Assembly (NCBI GenBank): GCA_036394835.1
Contig: DASWEI010000098.1
Location: 486 to 64,485 of the forward strand
Reading direction: 5' to 3'
Length of the DNA: 64,000 nucleotides
Source of the DNA: Anaeromyxobacter sp.
GTDB lineage: Bacteria > Myxococcota > Myxococcia > Myxococcales > Anaeromyxobacteraceae
Shown piece after piece: positions 54,590 to 63,602 of this stretch. The first letter of the stretch is position 1. Each line of letters starts with the position of its first letter. The position numbers were made by a program, and so were the translations under genes. The notes below the pieces were generated by a model that did not search any database, was not told the origin of the DNA, and saw only the letters and a list, made by a program, of their open reading frames with translations.

Positions 54590-57500
54590 TGGGAACGGGA
54601 CGTCGCGCCGGGACTTCCTGAAGCAGGGCGCGCTCCTCGGCTGCAGCGCGCTCGCCGCCTCGCAGCTCGACCTCGTCCACGGGCTGCTCGCGCGCGCCGC
54701 GGCGGGGGAGCTCACGGAGGCCGAGCGGTACGCGCTCGGGCGCGCGGAGGGGACGCTCTACACCGCGTGCCTCAACTGCAACACCGGCTGCGGCATCAAG
54801 GTGAAGGTGCTCGATGGCGTGGCCGTGAAGATCGACGGGAGCCCCTACAACCCGTTCACGCTCGCGCCGCACCTGCCGATGACGACCGAGCTCGGCGCGG
54901 CGGCGAAGGTGGACTCGGCGATCTGCCCGAAGGGGCAGGCGGGGCACCAGGGCGCGTACGACCCCTACCGCATCCGCAAGGTGCTGAAGCGCGCCGGGAA
55001 GCGGGGCGAGAACAGGTGGACGTCGATCCCGTTCGACCAGGCGGTGGACGAGATCGTGAAGGGTGGAAAGCTCTTCGCCCACGTGCCGGGCGAGGAGGGG
55101 CGTCTCGTCGAGGGGCTGAAGGACGTCCTCGTGCTGCAGGACGCGAAGGTCCTCGACGAGATGGGTGCGGACGTCGCGAAGCTCCGCAAGAAGAAGCTGA
55201 CCGTCGAGGAGTTCAAGGCGAAGCACGCCGCGAACCTCGGCGCACTCATCGATCCCGACCACCCGGACCTCGGCCCGAAGAACAACCAGTTCGTCTACTT
55301 CTGGGGCCGCAAGAAGGGTGGGCGGTCGGACTTCGCGAAGCGCTTCACCGACGCGTTCGGGACCGTCAACACCCACGGCCACACGACCGTCTGCCAGGGC
55401 TCCCTCTACTTCGCCTGCAAGGCGATGAGCGAGCAGTACGACGGCAGCGGGTTCAAGGACGGCCAGAAGTTCTACTGGCAGGCCGACCTCGAGAACTCCG
55501 AGTACGTGGTGTTCGTCGGGGCGAACCTCTTCGACGGCAACTACGGCCCGCCGAACCGGACGCCGCGCATCACGCAGCGGATCGCGGACGGGAAGCTGAA
55601 GCTCACCGTGCTCGACCCGCGCATGACGAAGCTCGCGTCGAAGGCGGCGGGGAGCTGGGTGCCGGTCGTGCCCGGCAGCGACGCCGCGTTCGCGATGGGG
55701 ATGACGCGCTGGATCCTGGAGAACGCCCGGTTCGACGCCAAGTTCCTCTCGAACGCGAACAAGGCCGCCGCCACGGCGGACGGCGAGAGCACCTGGTCGA
55801 ACGGCGCGTGGCTCGTGAAGCTCGGGAAGGACGGAGAGCCGGGCGCGTTCCTGCGCGCCTCCGAGCTCGGGCTCTGCGAGAAGGAGGTCCGCAAGGACAA
55901 GGAGGGCAAGGAGTACGACTTCGAGCGCCTCGTCGTGCTGAAGGACGGAAAGCCGATCGCGTTCGACCCGAACGACGAGAAGGCGGCCGTGGAGGGCGAC
56001 CTCTTCGTCGACCAGGCGCTGCCGTCGCCCGCCGGGCCGGTGAAGGTGAAGTCCGGGCTCCAGGTGATGCGGGAGGTCGCCGGCCAGAAGACGATCGCGG
56101 AGTACGCGGCGATCTGCGGCATCGAGCCCAAGGTGATCGAGGCGGTCGCCCGCGAGTTCACCTCGCACGGCAAGAAGGCGGCGGTGGACATGCACCGCGG
56201 CCCCGCGCAGCACACGAACGGCTTCTACGCGATCTCCGCGCTCATGAACCTGAACCTGCTCGTCGGCAACTTCGACTGGACGGGCGGGATGATCGCGGCG
56301 TCCACCTGGAACCACGACGGCACGAAGACGGACCGCCAGCCGTTCAGCTTGAAGAAGCTCTCGCCCAAGGTCGGCAAGGCGTTCGGGCTCTCGGTCATCC
56401 GCCACGACGCCAAGTACGAGGAGTCGACGCTCTTCCAGGGTTACCCGGCGAAGCGCAACTGGTGGCCGCTCGCGTCCGACGTCTACGAGGAGATCCTTCC
56501 GTCGATCGCGGACGCGTACCCGTACCCGATCAAGGTCCTGTTCTCGTACATGGCCGCGCCGACGTACTCCTTGCCGGCCGGTCACACGAACATCAAGGCG
56601 CTCACCGATCTGGCGCGCGTCCCGCTCTACTTCGCGAGCGACATCACCATCGGCGTGACCTCGATGTACGCCGACTACCTGTTCCCGGACCTCCACTTCC
56701 TCGAGCGCTGGGAGCTGCAGGGCTCGCACCCGAACATGCCGGTGAAGGTGCAGCCGGTGAGGCAGCCTGTGATTGCCTCGCCGAACGAGACGGTGAAGGT
56801 GTTCGGCGAGGAGCAGCCGCTCTCGTACGAGGCGCTCTGGCTCGCGCTCGCCGAGCGCCTGGGCCTGCCCGGCTTCGGCAAGGACGGCTTCGGGCCGGGG
56901 CAGGAGCTGGCGCGGCCGGACGACTTCTACGTCCGGCTCGTCGCGAACGTCGCGCTCGACGGGAAGGAGGCGGTCGCGGACGCGAGCGACGAGGATCTCC
57001 GGATCTTCCTCGAGAGCCGGCGCCACCTCCCGAAGAGCGTGTTCGACGCCGCGCGCTGGGAGAAGATCGCCGGGCCCGCGTGGCGGAAGGTCGTGACGGT
57101 GCTCACGCGCGGCGGGCGGTTCGACACCCAGGAGGCCTCGTACCAGGGCGCGCGCGTCGCGAATCGCTACGGCAAGCTCGTGAACCTGTACCAGGAGAAG
57201 ACCGCGAAGACGAAGGACGCGTTCACCGGCAAGCACGCCTTCGGCCTGGCGCGCTTCGTCCCCGTCGCGGACACGCTCGACCGCGAGCCGAGGGAGCTGG
57301 CGGCGGGCCACGACCTGCAGCTCGTCACGTTCCGGGACGTGCTCATGACGAAGTCGCGGACCATCTCGCACTCGTACCTGACGGATGTCCGCCCGGAGAA
57401 CGCGCTGCTCGTCAGCGCGAGCGACGCCCGGCGCTTGAAGCTCGAGAGCGGCGCGCGGGTGAAGCTCGTGTCGGCGACGAACCCCGACGGCACCTGGGAC

Positions 57501-57785
57501 TTCAGGAACGGGGTCGTGAAGCCGATGGTCGGCCAGGTGCTCGTCACCGAGGGGATCCGGCCGGGCGTCGTGGCGTTCGCGCTCGGCTACGGACACTGGG
57601 GCGACGGCGCCTCCGACGTCGTCATCGACGGCGCGGCGGTGAAGGCGGATCCGCGGCGGCAGGGCGGCATCCACGCCAACGCGGCGATGTGGATCGACCC
57701 GAACCTCAAGAACACCTGCATGCTCGACAAGGTCGGGGGGAGCGTCTCGTTCTACGACACGCGCGTGAAGCTCGTGCGCGTCTGA
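54582..57785 (+). CDS. ttrA: Tat-exported molybdopterin oxidoreductase, tetrathionate reductase A-like clade
   Basis: SRRDFLK Tat motif, CLNCNTGC...CPKG FS0 cluster, KIDGSPYNP, LKRAGKRGENRW, HTTVC, YADYLFPD..LERW. Confidence 0.7.
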   Translation: MADGNGTSRRDFLKQGALLGCSALAASQLDLVHGLLARAAAGELTEAERYALGRAEGTLYTACLNCNTGCGIKVKVLDGVAVKIDGSPYNPFTLAPHLPMTTELGAAAKVDSAICPKGQAGHQGAYDPYRIRKVLKRAGKRGENRWTSIPFDQAVDEIVKGGKLFAHVPGEEGRLVEGLKDVLVLQDAKVLDEMGADVAKLRKKKLTVEEFKAKHAANLGALIDPDHPDLGPKNNQFVYFWGRKKGGRSDFAKRFTDAFGTVNTHGHTTVCQGSLYFACKAMSEQYDGSGFKDGQKFYWQADLENSEYVVFVGANLFDGNYGPPNRTPRITQRIADGKLKLTVLDPRMTKLASKAAGSWVPVVPGSDAAFAMGMTRWILENARFDAKFLSNANKAAATADGESTWSNGAWLVKLGKDGEPGAFLRASELGLCEKEVRKDKEGKEYDFERLVVLKDGKPIAFDPNDEKAAVEGDLFVDQALPSPAGPVKVKSGLQVMREVAGQKTIAEYAAICGIEPKVIEAVAREFTSHGKKAAVDMHRGPAQHTNGFYAISALMNLNLLVGNFDWTGGMIAASTWNHDGTKTDRQPFSLKKLSPKVGKAFGLSVIRHDAKYEESTLFQGYPAKRNWWPLASDVYEEILPSIADAYPYPIKVLFSYMAAPTYSLPAGHTNIKALTDLARVPLYFASDITIGVTSMYADYLFPDLHFLERWELQGSHPNMPVKVQPVRQPVIASPNETVKVFGEEQPLSYEALWLALAERLGLPGFGKDGFGPGQELARPDDFYVRLVANVALDGKEAVADASDEDLRIFLESRRHLPKSVFDAARWEKIAGPAWRKVVTVLTRGGRFDTQEASYQGARVANRYGKLVNLYQEKTAKTKDAFTGKHAFGLARFVPVADTLDREPRELAAGHDLQLVTFRDVLMTKSRTISHSYLTDVRPENALLVSASDARRLKLESGARVKLVSATNPDGTWDFRNGVVKPMVGQVLVTEGIRPGVVAFALGYGHWGDGASDVVIDGAAVKADPRRQGGIHANAAMWIDPNLKNTCMLDKVGGSVSFYDTRVKLVRV

Positions 57786-57977
57786 TGGCGACACCCACTT
57801 GCATTGAGCTGCTGCGGCGCACGATCCCGGCCGATCTCGGGCGGACTCGTCGCTTCGATGCTCGACGTAGCCTCCGGCTCCTCAGGATTCGTCACATTCC
57901 GATTGCGCGATCGGGACCTGGCGTTCGCGGAGGAGCGCCGGACGGAGCGCAAGTCGCCGGCCGCGCCGCCGCCACGA

Positions 57978-57991
57978 GATTGCCGCACCCG
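57978..57991. repeat. 14-bp direct repeat GATTGCCGCACCCG, copy 2 (contains a -35-like TTGCCG, 17 nt before TAAACG, upstream of fluC)
   Basis: Identical to 53738-53751. Confidence 0.7.
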
Positions 57992-58013
57992 CCGCGGCGA
58001 GGTAAACGGGGGC

Positions 58014-58388
58014 GTGCTGCGGCTCCTCTTCGTCTGCGCTGGCGGCGCGCTCGGGTCGGGCGCCCGCTACCTCGTGTCCACCTGGGCCGCGCGCGCGCTC
58101 GGCGCGGACTTCCCGCGCGGAACGCTGCTCGTGAACGCGACGGGCTCCTTCGTGCTCGCGCTCCTCTTCGCGCTGCCCGGGAGCCGCGTCTCGCCGGAGC
58201 TGCGCCTGTTTCTCGGCGCGGGCGTCCTCGGCGGCTACACGACGTACTCGTCGTTCAACACCGAGACCATCGCGCTCCTCGACCAGGGGAGCATCGCGCT
58301 CGCGGCCGCGAACCTCGCGCTCACCGTCGTCGGCAGCCTCGCGGCCGGGCTCGCCGGGCTCGCGGTCGGCCGCCTCCTCGCCTCCTGA
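58014..58388 (+). CDS. crcB: Fluoride efflux channel FluC/CrcB
   Basis: [39 protein letters not shown]. Confidence 0.93.
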   Translation: MLRLLFVCAGGALGSGARYLVSTWAARALGADFPRGTLLVNATGSFVLALLFALPGSRVSPELRLFLGAGVLGGYTTYSSFNTETIALLDQGSIALAAANLALTVVGSLAAGLAGLAVGRLLAS

Positions 58389-58483
58389 GGGGCGGCGCGG
58401 CGACCGCGCGCTTTGCCCCCGAGCGGTGCGACCGCCCCCGAGGATGCGCAGCCTTTGGGTGAACTCGGAATGGGGAGGGGTCC

Positions 58484-59581
58484 ATGCGGAAGGTCGTGGG
58501 GTGGGTCGGCATCCTGCTCGCGGCCGGGATCGCGCGCGGGCAGGCGCAGGATCAGGGTGATGCGCAGCAGCAGGGCGCCGAAGCCACGCAGCCGCAGGGA
58601 GACGCGGGACCCGGGCCGGCGAGCGCCGGCGGGACGGAGAGCGCCGGCGGGACGGCGACCGCCGGCGGGACGGCGAGCGCGGACAGCTCCACCACCGCGG
58701 CGGGGCCGAGCGACGCGTTCGACCGCGCGTGCGTGGATCTCCTGCACGGGCGGCTGCCGCCGGGCGAGAAGGCGATCAGGGCGCTGCGCGACGCGTGCGC
58801 GAACCTCATGGCGGGACGCGCGGACGACCAGATCCAGGCCGACCAGCGGCGGCAGGCGCAGCTCGCCGCGCGCGAGCAGCTCCGGCTGCAGGCGGAGGGG
58901 CGCGTGCAGCCCGGCCACTCCACGGAGGGGCGCGTGCAGCCCGGCCAGTCCACGGAGGGGCGCGTGCAGCCCGGCCAGTCCACGGAGGCGCGCGTGCAGC
59001 CCGGCCAGTCCACGGCCGCGCCGGAGCCTGGACAGGGTGTCCTCGCAGCGTTCGGCTCGGCGGCGTCCGAGCTCGCCGGCAGCAACCGCACGAGGGCGAT
59101 GGGCATGCGCCCGCGCGGTCCGGTCGGGTACACGCTCGTGACGAACCCGGTCGGCTGGTTCAGCGGCCTCGGCATGAACGTCGAGCTGTTCGGGGCATTC
59201 ATGGACGCGCCGAAGTTCTCGTGGGTCGCCGGCGCGCGCTACTCCGAGGCCGATGCGACGAACGGGACGGCGTCCACGTTCGGCGGGATGGCCGGGGCGG
59301 ACCTGTTCATCATCGGCAGGAACAACGAGGGGCTGCGGATCGGGCCGCGCCTCGAGCTCGCGGCGGGCCGCGAGCGGTTCCAGGGGAGCACGACGTTCGC
59401 GCGGCTCGGCATGTCCGGCGAGCTCGGGTACAACTTCATCGCGACGAACGGCATCACCGGCCTGCTCGCCGCGGGGGTGGGCGGTCGGGTGGCGGGGAAC
59501 GACAAGAACGACGAGTTCGCGAGCTTCGTCGGCGGGGAGTTCGGGCCTTATCTGAAGTTCGGGCTCGGCTACAGCTGGTGA
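58484..59581 (+). CDS. Secreted protein with repeat-rich linker and C-terminal outer-membrane beta-barrel-like domain
   Basis: Signal peptide, low-complexity repeats, TNPVGW then amphipathic strands, terminal GLGYSW beta-signal. Confidence 0.75.
   Translation: MRKVVGWVGILLAAGIARGQAQDQGDAQQQGAEATQPQGDAGPGPASAGGTESAGGTATAGGTASADSSTTAAGPSDAFDRACVDLLHGRLPPGEKAIRALRDACANLMAGRADDQIQADQRRQAQLAAREQLRLQAEGRVQPGHSTEGRVQPGQSTEGRVQPGQSTEARVQPGQSTAAPEPGQGVLAAFGSAASELAGSNRTRAMGMRPRGPVGYTLVTNPVGWFSGLGMNVELFGAFMDAPKFSWVAGARYSEADATNGTASTFGGMAGADLFIIGRNNEGLRIGPRLELAAGRERFQGSTTFARLGMSGELGYNFIATNGITGLLAAGVGGRVAGNDKNDEFASFVGGEFGPYLKFGLGYSW
58622..58675 (+). repeat. Coding 18-bp tandem repeat x3 (SAGGTE/SAGGTA/TAGGTA)
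   Basis: Read directly. Confidence 0.8.
58895..59014 (+). repeat. Coding 30-bp tandem repeat x4 (EGRVQPGQST)
   Basis: GAGGGGCGCGTGCAGCCCGGCCAGTCCACG, four near-identical copies. Confidence 0.92.
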
Positions 59582-60189
59582 GGCGAGGGCGGCTCGAGGC
59601 CGAGACGGGCCGCGTCCTCCGGGGTGTTGGCGTTCTCGAGCGAGCGGCCCGTCGGGTCCACGAGCCGCCACTCGGCCTCCTCCACGATCCGCGCGCGCAC
59701 CGCGGCGGCGAGATCGCGCAGCGACGGCTCCCCCCGCGCGAGGAGCTCCTCGAGCGCGGGGAGGCAGGCGCGGGACCAGAAGGCGTGCAGCGGCTCGAGC
59801 CGGCCGCCGGCGCGCACGAGGACCGCGTCCGCGCCATCCCGGCGCGCGGCGAGTAACGAGATCGCGCCCTCGTCGAGGAAGGGCATGTCGCACCCCGCAG
59901 CGAACACCCAAGGCGTCGTCGCCGCCGACAGCGCGGCGTGGAGGCCGCCCGGCGCGCCGCGCCCCGCCACGAGATCCGCGACGACCGGTGCGCCGAACGC
60001 GGCGTACGGCGCGGGATCGTTCGCGACGACGAGCGCGCGCCCGAACAGCCGGAGGAACAGGGCGATCGAGCGGGCCGCGATCGGTTCGCCGTCCACACGG
60101 AGGAGCCCCTTCGCCGCGCCGCCCATGCGCGTGGCGCGGCCGCCCGCGATGAGGGTACCCGTGCAGTCGTCGAGGCGCGATCCGGCCAT
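59569..60189 (-). CDS. mobA: Molybdenum cofactor guanylyltransferase
   Basis: IAGGRATRMGGAAKG, G.PGGLHAAL, GCDMPF, EPLHA, NANTPED. Confidence 0.92.
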   Translation of the reverse strand: MAGSRLDDCTGTLIAGGRATRMGGAAKGLLRVDGEPIAARSIALFLRLFGRALVVANDPAPYAAFGAPVVADLVAGRGAPGGLHAALSAATTPWVFAAGCDMPFLDEGAISLLAARRDGADAVLVRAGGRLEPLHAFWSRACLPALEELLARGEPSLRDLAAAVRARIVEEAEWRLVDPTGRSLENANTPEDAARLGLEPPSPHQL

Positions 60190-60275
60190 CTCGCCCCGGA
60201 ATGTAACGCGCAGCGCCATCGTGAAGGGGAGCGGGCTGGCACCCCCCCTCCGTTTCGGGTAGAAAGTTTCCCCCC

Positions 60276-60611
60276 GTGACTCCGGAGCAGCGGATCGAAG
60301 CTTTCCGCGCGTTCGTGGCCAAGAACCCGGACGACGCCTTCGCGCGCTACTCGCTCGCGATGGCGCTCCGCTCGGCGGGGCGCGGCGCGGACGCCGCGTC
60401 GGAGTTCGAGCAGCTCCGCGCGAGGAAGCCGGACTACGTGCCGGCCTACCTCATGCTCGGGCAGACGTTCGAGACGCTCGGCCGGGACGCGGATGCGGCC
60501 CGGGCTTACGAAGATGGGGTCGCCGCGGCGACCCGGGTGAACGACATGCACGCGCGGAGCGAGCTCGGCCAGGCGCTCGAAGCCCTCCGCGCTCGAGGAG
60601 CAGGGAGATGA
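60276..60611 (+). CDS. Small TPR protein
   Basis: NPDDAFARYSLAM, PDYVPAYLMLG, A..AYEDG, HARSEL. Confidence 0.85.
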   Translation: MTPEQRIEAFRAFVAKNPDDAFARYSLAMALRSAGRGADAASEFEQLRARKPDYVPAYLMLGQTFETLGRDADAARAYEDGVAAATRVNDMHARSELGQALEALRARGAGR

Positions 60612-61465
60612 GTCCGATGGATCCGAAGGACGTCGAGGGCACGCGGGCGAAGATGGAGGCGGACGACATCCGCTCCTCGCTCGGCGGCCTCATGCGGGGA
60701 AAGCGCGCGGTCGTCACGGGCGTCGCGAACGACCGGTCGCTCGCGTGGGCGATCGCGCAGGCGTTCCACGCGGAGGGTGCCGAGCTCGCCTTCACCTACC
60801 CGGGCGAGGGGATGGAGAAGCGCGTCCGGCCGCTCGCCGAGAGCCTCGGCGCGAAGGCGATCGTCGACTGCGACGTGGCGAAGGACGAGGACATCGACCG
60901 CACGGTCGAGGAGATCCGCAAGGTGTGGGACCACGTGGACGTGCTCGTCCACTCCATCGGCTACGCGCCGCGCGAGGCGCTCGACGGCCGCTTCACCGAC
61001 GTGACGACCCGCGACGCCTGGCGGATCACGCTGGACATCTCCGCGTACTCGCTCGTCGGCCTCGCGCGGGCGTTCAAGCCTCTCATGCGGCCGGGCTCGA
61101 ACATCGTCTCGCTCACGTACTACGGCGCCGAGAAGGTCGTCCGGAACTACAACGTGATGGGGGTCGCGAAGGCGGCGCTCGAGTGCGCGACCCGCTACCT
61201 CGCGGACGATCTCGGCAACGACGGTGTCCGGGTGAACGCGATCAGCGCGGGGCCCGTGAAGACGCTCGCGGCCGCCGGCATCAAGGGGATGCGGAACATG
61301 CTCTCCGAGAACGCCGACCGGACGCCGCTCCGCCGCAACATCGACCACGACGACGTCGCGCGCGCCGCGCTCTACCTCTGCTCCGACCTCGCGAAGAACG
61401 TGACGGGCGAGGTGCTGCACGTGGACGCCGGGCAGAACATCATCGGCGTCGTGTCGATGGGCTAG
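60608..61465 (+). CDS. fabI: Enoyl-ACP reductase
   Basis: GVANDRSLAWAIA, VHSIGYAP, DISAYSL, YNVMGVAKAALE, VNAISAGPVKTLAA. Confidence 0.95.
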   Translation: MSPMDPKDVEGTRAKMEADDIRSSLGGLMRGKRAVVTGVANDRSLAWAIAQAFHAEGAELAFTYPGEGMEKRVRPLAESLGAKAIVDCDVAKDEDIDRTVEEIRKVWDHVDVLVHSIGYAPREALDGRFTDVTTRDAWRITLDISAYSLVGLARAFKPLMRPGSNIVSLTYYGAEKVVRNYNVMGVAKAALECATRYLADDLGNDGVRVNAISAGPVKTLAAAGIKGMRNMLSENADRTPLRRNIDHDDVARAALYLCSDLAKNVTGEVLHVDAGQNIIGVVSMG

Positions 61466-61499
61466 GGGAAACGGCCGCGGCGAGCCGGCGCCGGCTCCT

Positions 61500-61729
61500 C
61501 TCCCACCTGGAACGTCTCACCGTCCGCGTGGTGACGGTCGATCCTCGGCGGCTCGGCCGCCTCGAGCACGAGCAGCGCGGCGCTCTCCCGGAACGCGGCG
61601 ATCCAGCCGTCGTCCCCGGTCGCCGTCGCTGCAGGGATCGACGAGCACCGCCTCGCCGGTGCGGTCGCACGCCGCGAGATAGGCGTTCGCGGCGACCGGG
61701 CCGACCACCGCGCGGCGGACGACGAGCAT
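61500..61729 (-). pseudogene. Truncated MBL-fold (glyoxalase II-like) hydrolase remnant
   Basis: VVGPVAANAYL...AVLVDP start, then another frame DDGWIAAF...PRIDRHHADGETFQVGE; HxHxDH motif and C-terminus absent. Confidence 0.7.
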
Positions 61730-61744
61730 TCGACTGGTGATCGA

Positions 61745-62134
61745 CTAGTAGGAGAACGACGAGCCGCAGCCGCAGGTGGTGCGCGCGTTCGGGTTGTTGA
61801 ACTTGAACCCGGCGCCCTGGAGCCCGACGACGTAGTCGATCGTGACGCCCTGGAGGTACATGGAGCTCATCGGGTCGACGAAGACCTTCACGCCCTCGAG
61901 GTCGAACGTGACGTCCCCGTCCTTCGCTTCCTTCTCGAAGTCCATCGAGTACTGGAAGCCCGCGCAGCCGCCGCCCATGACGCCGACGCGGATGCCGTAG
62001 CCGCCGAGCCCCTCGCGCTGCATCGCGTCCTTCACCATCTCGATCGCCTTCGGGGTGAGGGAGACCGGCGAGGCATCCATGCCGAGATCGGCGGGGGTCG
62101 TCGGGGTGGTCGGCTGCTGGGTGATCGCGTCCAT
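61745..62134 (-). CDS. HesB/IscA/ErpA-family A-type Fe-S carrier
   Basis: RVGVMGGGCAGFQY, VDPMS..YL.G..IDY, GFKFNNPNA..TCGCGSSF. Confidence 0.94.
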   Translation of the reverse strand: MDAITQQPTTPTTPADLGMDASPVSLTPKAIEMVKDAMQREGLGGYGIRVGVMGGGCAGFQYSMDFEKEAKDGDVTFDLEGVKVFVDPMSSMYLQGVTIDYVVGLQGAGFKFNNPNARTTCGCGSSFSY

Positions 62135-62261
62135 GTCTGTTCGGGCTCCGTGGCGGGGGCTTCCCGCGAGTAATTGACGAAACGCAAGGAGCATAACAGC
62201 GGGGGTGCGGCGCTTCAATGCGCCGCGCCCGGGAGACCTGGACGGGGGCACCAGGATATTC

Positions 62262-62963
62262 CTAAGCTCTTCCGGAGAGATGCCGGCCGCCGTCGACCGG
62301 GAGCACGGCGCCCGTGACGAACGGAGCGTCGGCGAGATACCGGACCGCGACGGCGACGTCGGAGGGCTCGCCCGTGCGCCCGAGCGGGATCCGCTTCATG
62401 AGTCTGCTGCGGAGCGACGCGGAATACGACTCGGGCCACAGCACGGTCCCGGGCGCGATGGCGTTCACGCGGACCTCCGGCGCGAGGTCGAGCGCCAGGC
62501 ACTCGGTCAGCCGGATGAGCGCCGCCTTCGACGCCGCGTAGGCGGCGTAGCCGCGCCAGGGCACGAGGCCGCCGCCGATGTCCGCGACGTTGACGACCGA
62601 GCCGCGCGCGCGGCGCAGGAGCGGGAGGAGCGCCTTCACGAGGAGCAGCGGCGCCCGCGCGTTCAGGTCCATCTGCGCATCGAACGCGGCGGCGTCCGTG
62701 TCCTCGAGCGCGAGCGCGTCGAACGCGGCGGCGCCGTTCACGAGCAGGTCGAGGCGCGCGTAGCGCGCGCGGAACGCCGTGGCGAGCATCGCCGGGCCGT
62801 CCGCGAGCGCGAGGTTCGCCTCGAGCGCTGCGTCGAAGCCGCGCGGCCGGTGGGTGCGGTAGTGCGCGGCGACCGTCCAGCCGTGGCGCGCGAGGTCGCG
62901 AGCGATGGCGTTGCCGACGCGGACGCCGGCGCCGGTGACGAGAGCGACGCGCGCGCGCGCCAT
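62262..62963 (-). CDS. SDR oxidoreductase (pteridine reductase/FolM-like)
   Basis: VTGAGVRVG, HY, YAASK, LAPEVRVNAIAPG, VDGG. Confidence 0.88.
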   Translation of the reverse strand: MARARVALVTGAGVRVGNAIARDLARHGWTVAAHYRTHRPRGFDAALEANLALADGPAMLATAFRARYARLDLLVNGAAAFDALALEDTDAAAFDAQMDLNARAPLLLVKALLPLLRRARGSVVNVADIGGGLVPWRGYAAYAASKAALIRLTECLALDLAPEVRVNAIAPGTVLWPESYSASLRSRLMKRIPLGRTGEPSDVAVAVRYLADAPFVTGAVLPVDGGRHLSGRA

Positions 62964-62986
62964 GGCCTAGCGCTCCGACCCGGGCA

Positions 62987-63550
62987 CTAGCTCCCGCCCC
63001 CGCGCGACGGGTCCCAGGTCGGCTCGTCGCGCCGGGCGCGCCGGTTCGCGATTCGCGCCGCCACGAAGAGGAAGTCCGAGAGCCGGTTCAGGTAGGCGAG
63101 CACCGTCCGGTCCACCTCGACCTCGGCGGCGAGCGAGACCGCGCGCCGCTCGGCGCGGCGGCAGACGGTGCGCGCGACGTGCAGCGCCGCAGCGGTGCGC
63201 GTGCCACCGGGGAGCACGAACCGTGTGAGCGCCGGCAGCTCGGCGTCCCAGCCGTCCATGGCCCGCTCGAGCCGCGCGATCCAGGCGGCGTCCACGGGCG
63301 GGATGGCCGAGCGCGCCTTCGCGCCGTGCGGGGTAGCGAGCTCGGCGCCGACGCAGAACAGCTCCGCCTGCACGTGGGCGAGCTCCACGTCGATCTCAGG
63401 GTCCTCGACGAGGGCGCGCGCGGCGCCCACGGCCGCGTTCAGCTCGTCGACCGCGCCGTACGCCTCGACGCGGTGATCGCTCTTCTTGACCCGTGGCCCC
63501 CCGAAGAGGCCGGTCTCTCCGCCGTCGCCCGTCTTCGTGTAGATCTTCAC
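62987..63550 (-). CDS. pduO: PduO-type ATP:cob(I)alamin adenosyltransferase
   Basis: KIYTKTGDGGET, EAYGAVDELN, FVLPGG, RTVCRRAER, YLNRLSDFLF. Confidence 0.93.
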   Translation of the reverse strand: MKIYTKTGDGGETGLFGGPRVKKSDHRVEAYGAVDELNAAVGAARALVEDPEIDVELAHVQAELFCVGAELATPHGAKARSAIPPVDAAWIARLERAMDGWDAELPALTRFVLPGGTRTAAALHVARTVCRRAERRAVSLAAEVEVDRTVLAYLNRLSDFLFVAARIANRRARRDEPTWDPSRGGGS

Positions 63551-63602
63551 CGTCCGGACACTATCGGAGGGGTCGGGCCCGCACAACGCCCGCGCGAGCA
63601 CG

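Noticed and set aside
57786-58013. Fluoride riboswitch upstream of crcB
   Set aside because: No GGCGATGG...GCTGATGAC-type consensus found by eye; an Infernal search with the Rfam crcB model would settle it
2143-58462. Many very long alternative-frame ORFs (e.g. 9186-12233, 48898-52059, 54420-57794, 54767-58462)
   Set aside because: Arg/Ala/Pro/Gly-rich shadows of real genes, expected in very high-GC DNA; no motifs. Several track ORFs (2548-6366, 6515-9193, 25020-28973) contain a real gene only in their C-terminal part.
58895-59014. Regularly spaced 30-bp repeats as a CRISPR array
   Set aside because: No unique spacers, in-frame within a CDS, no cas genes
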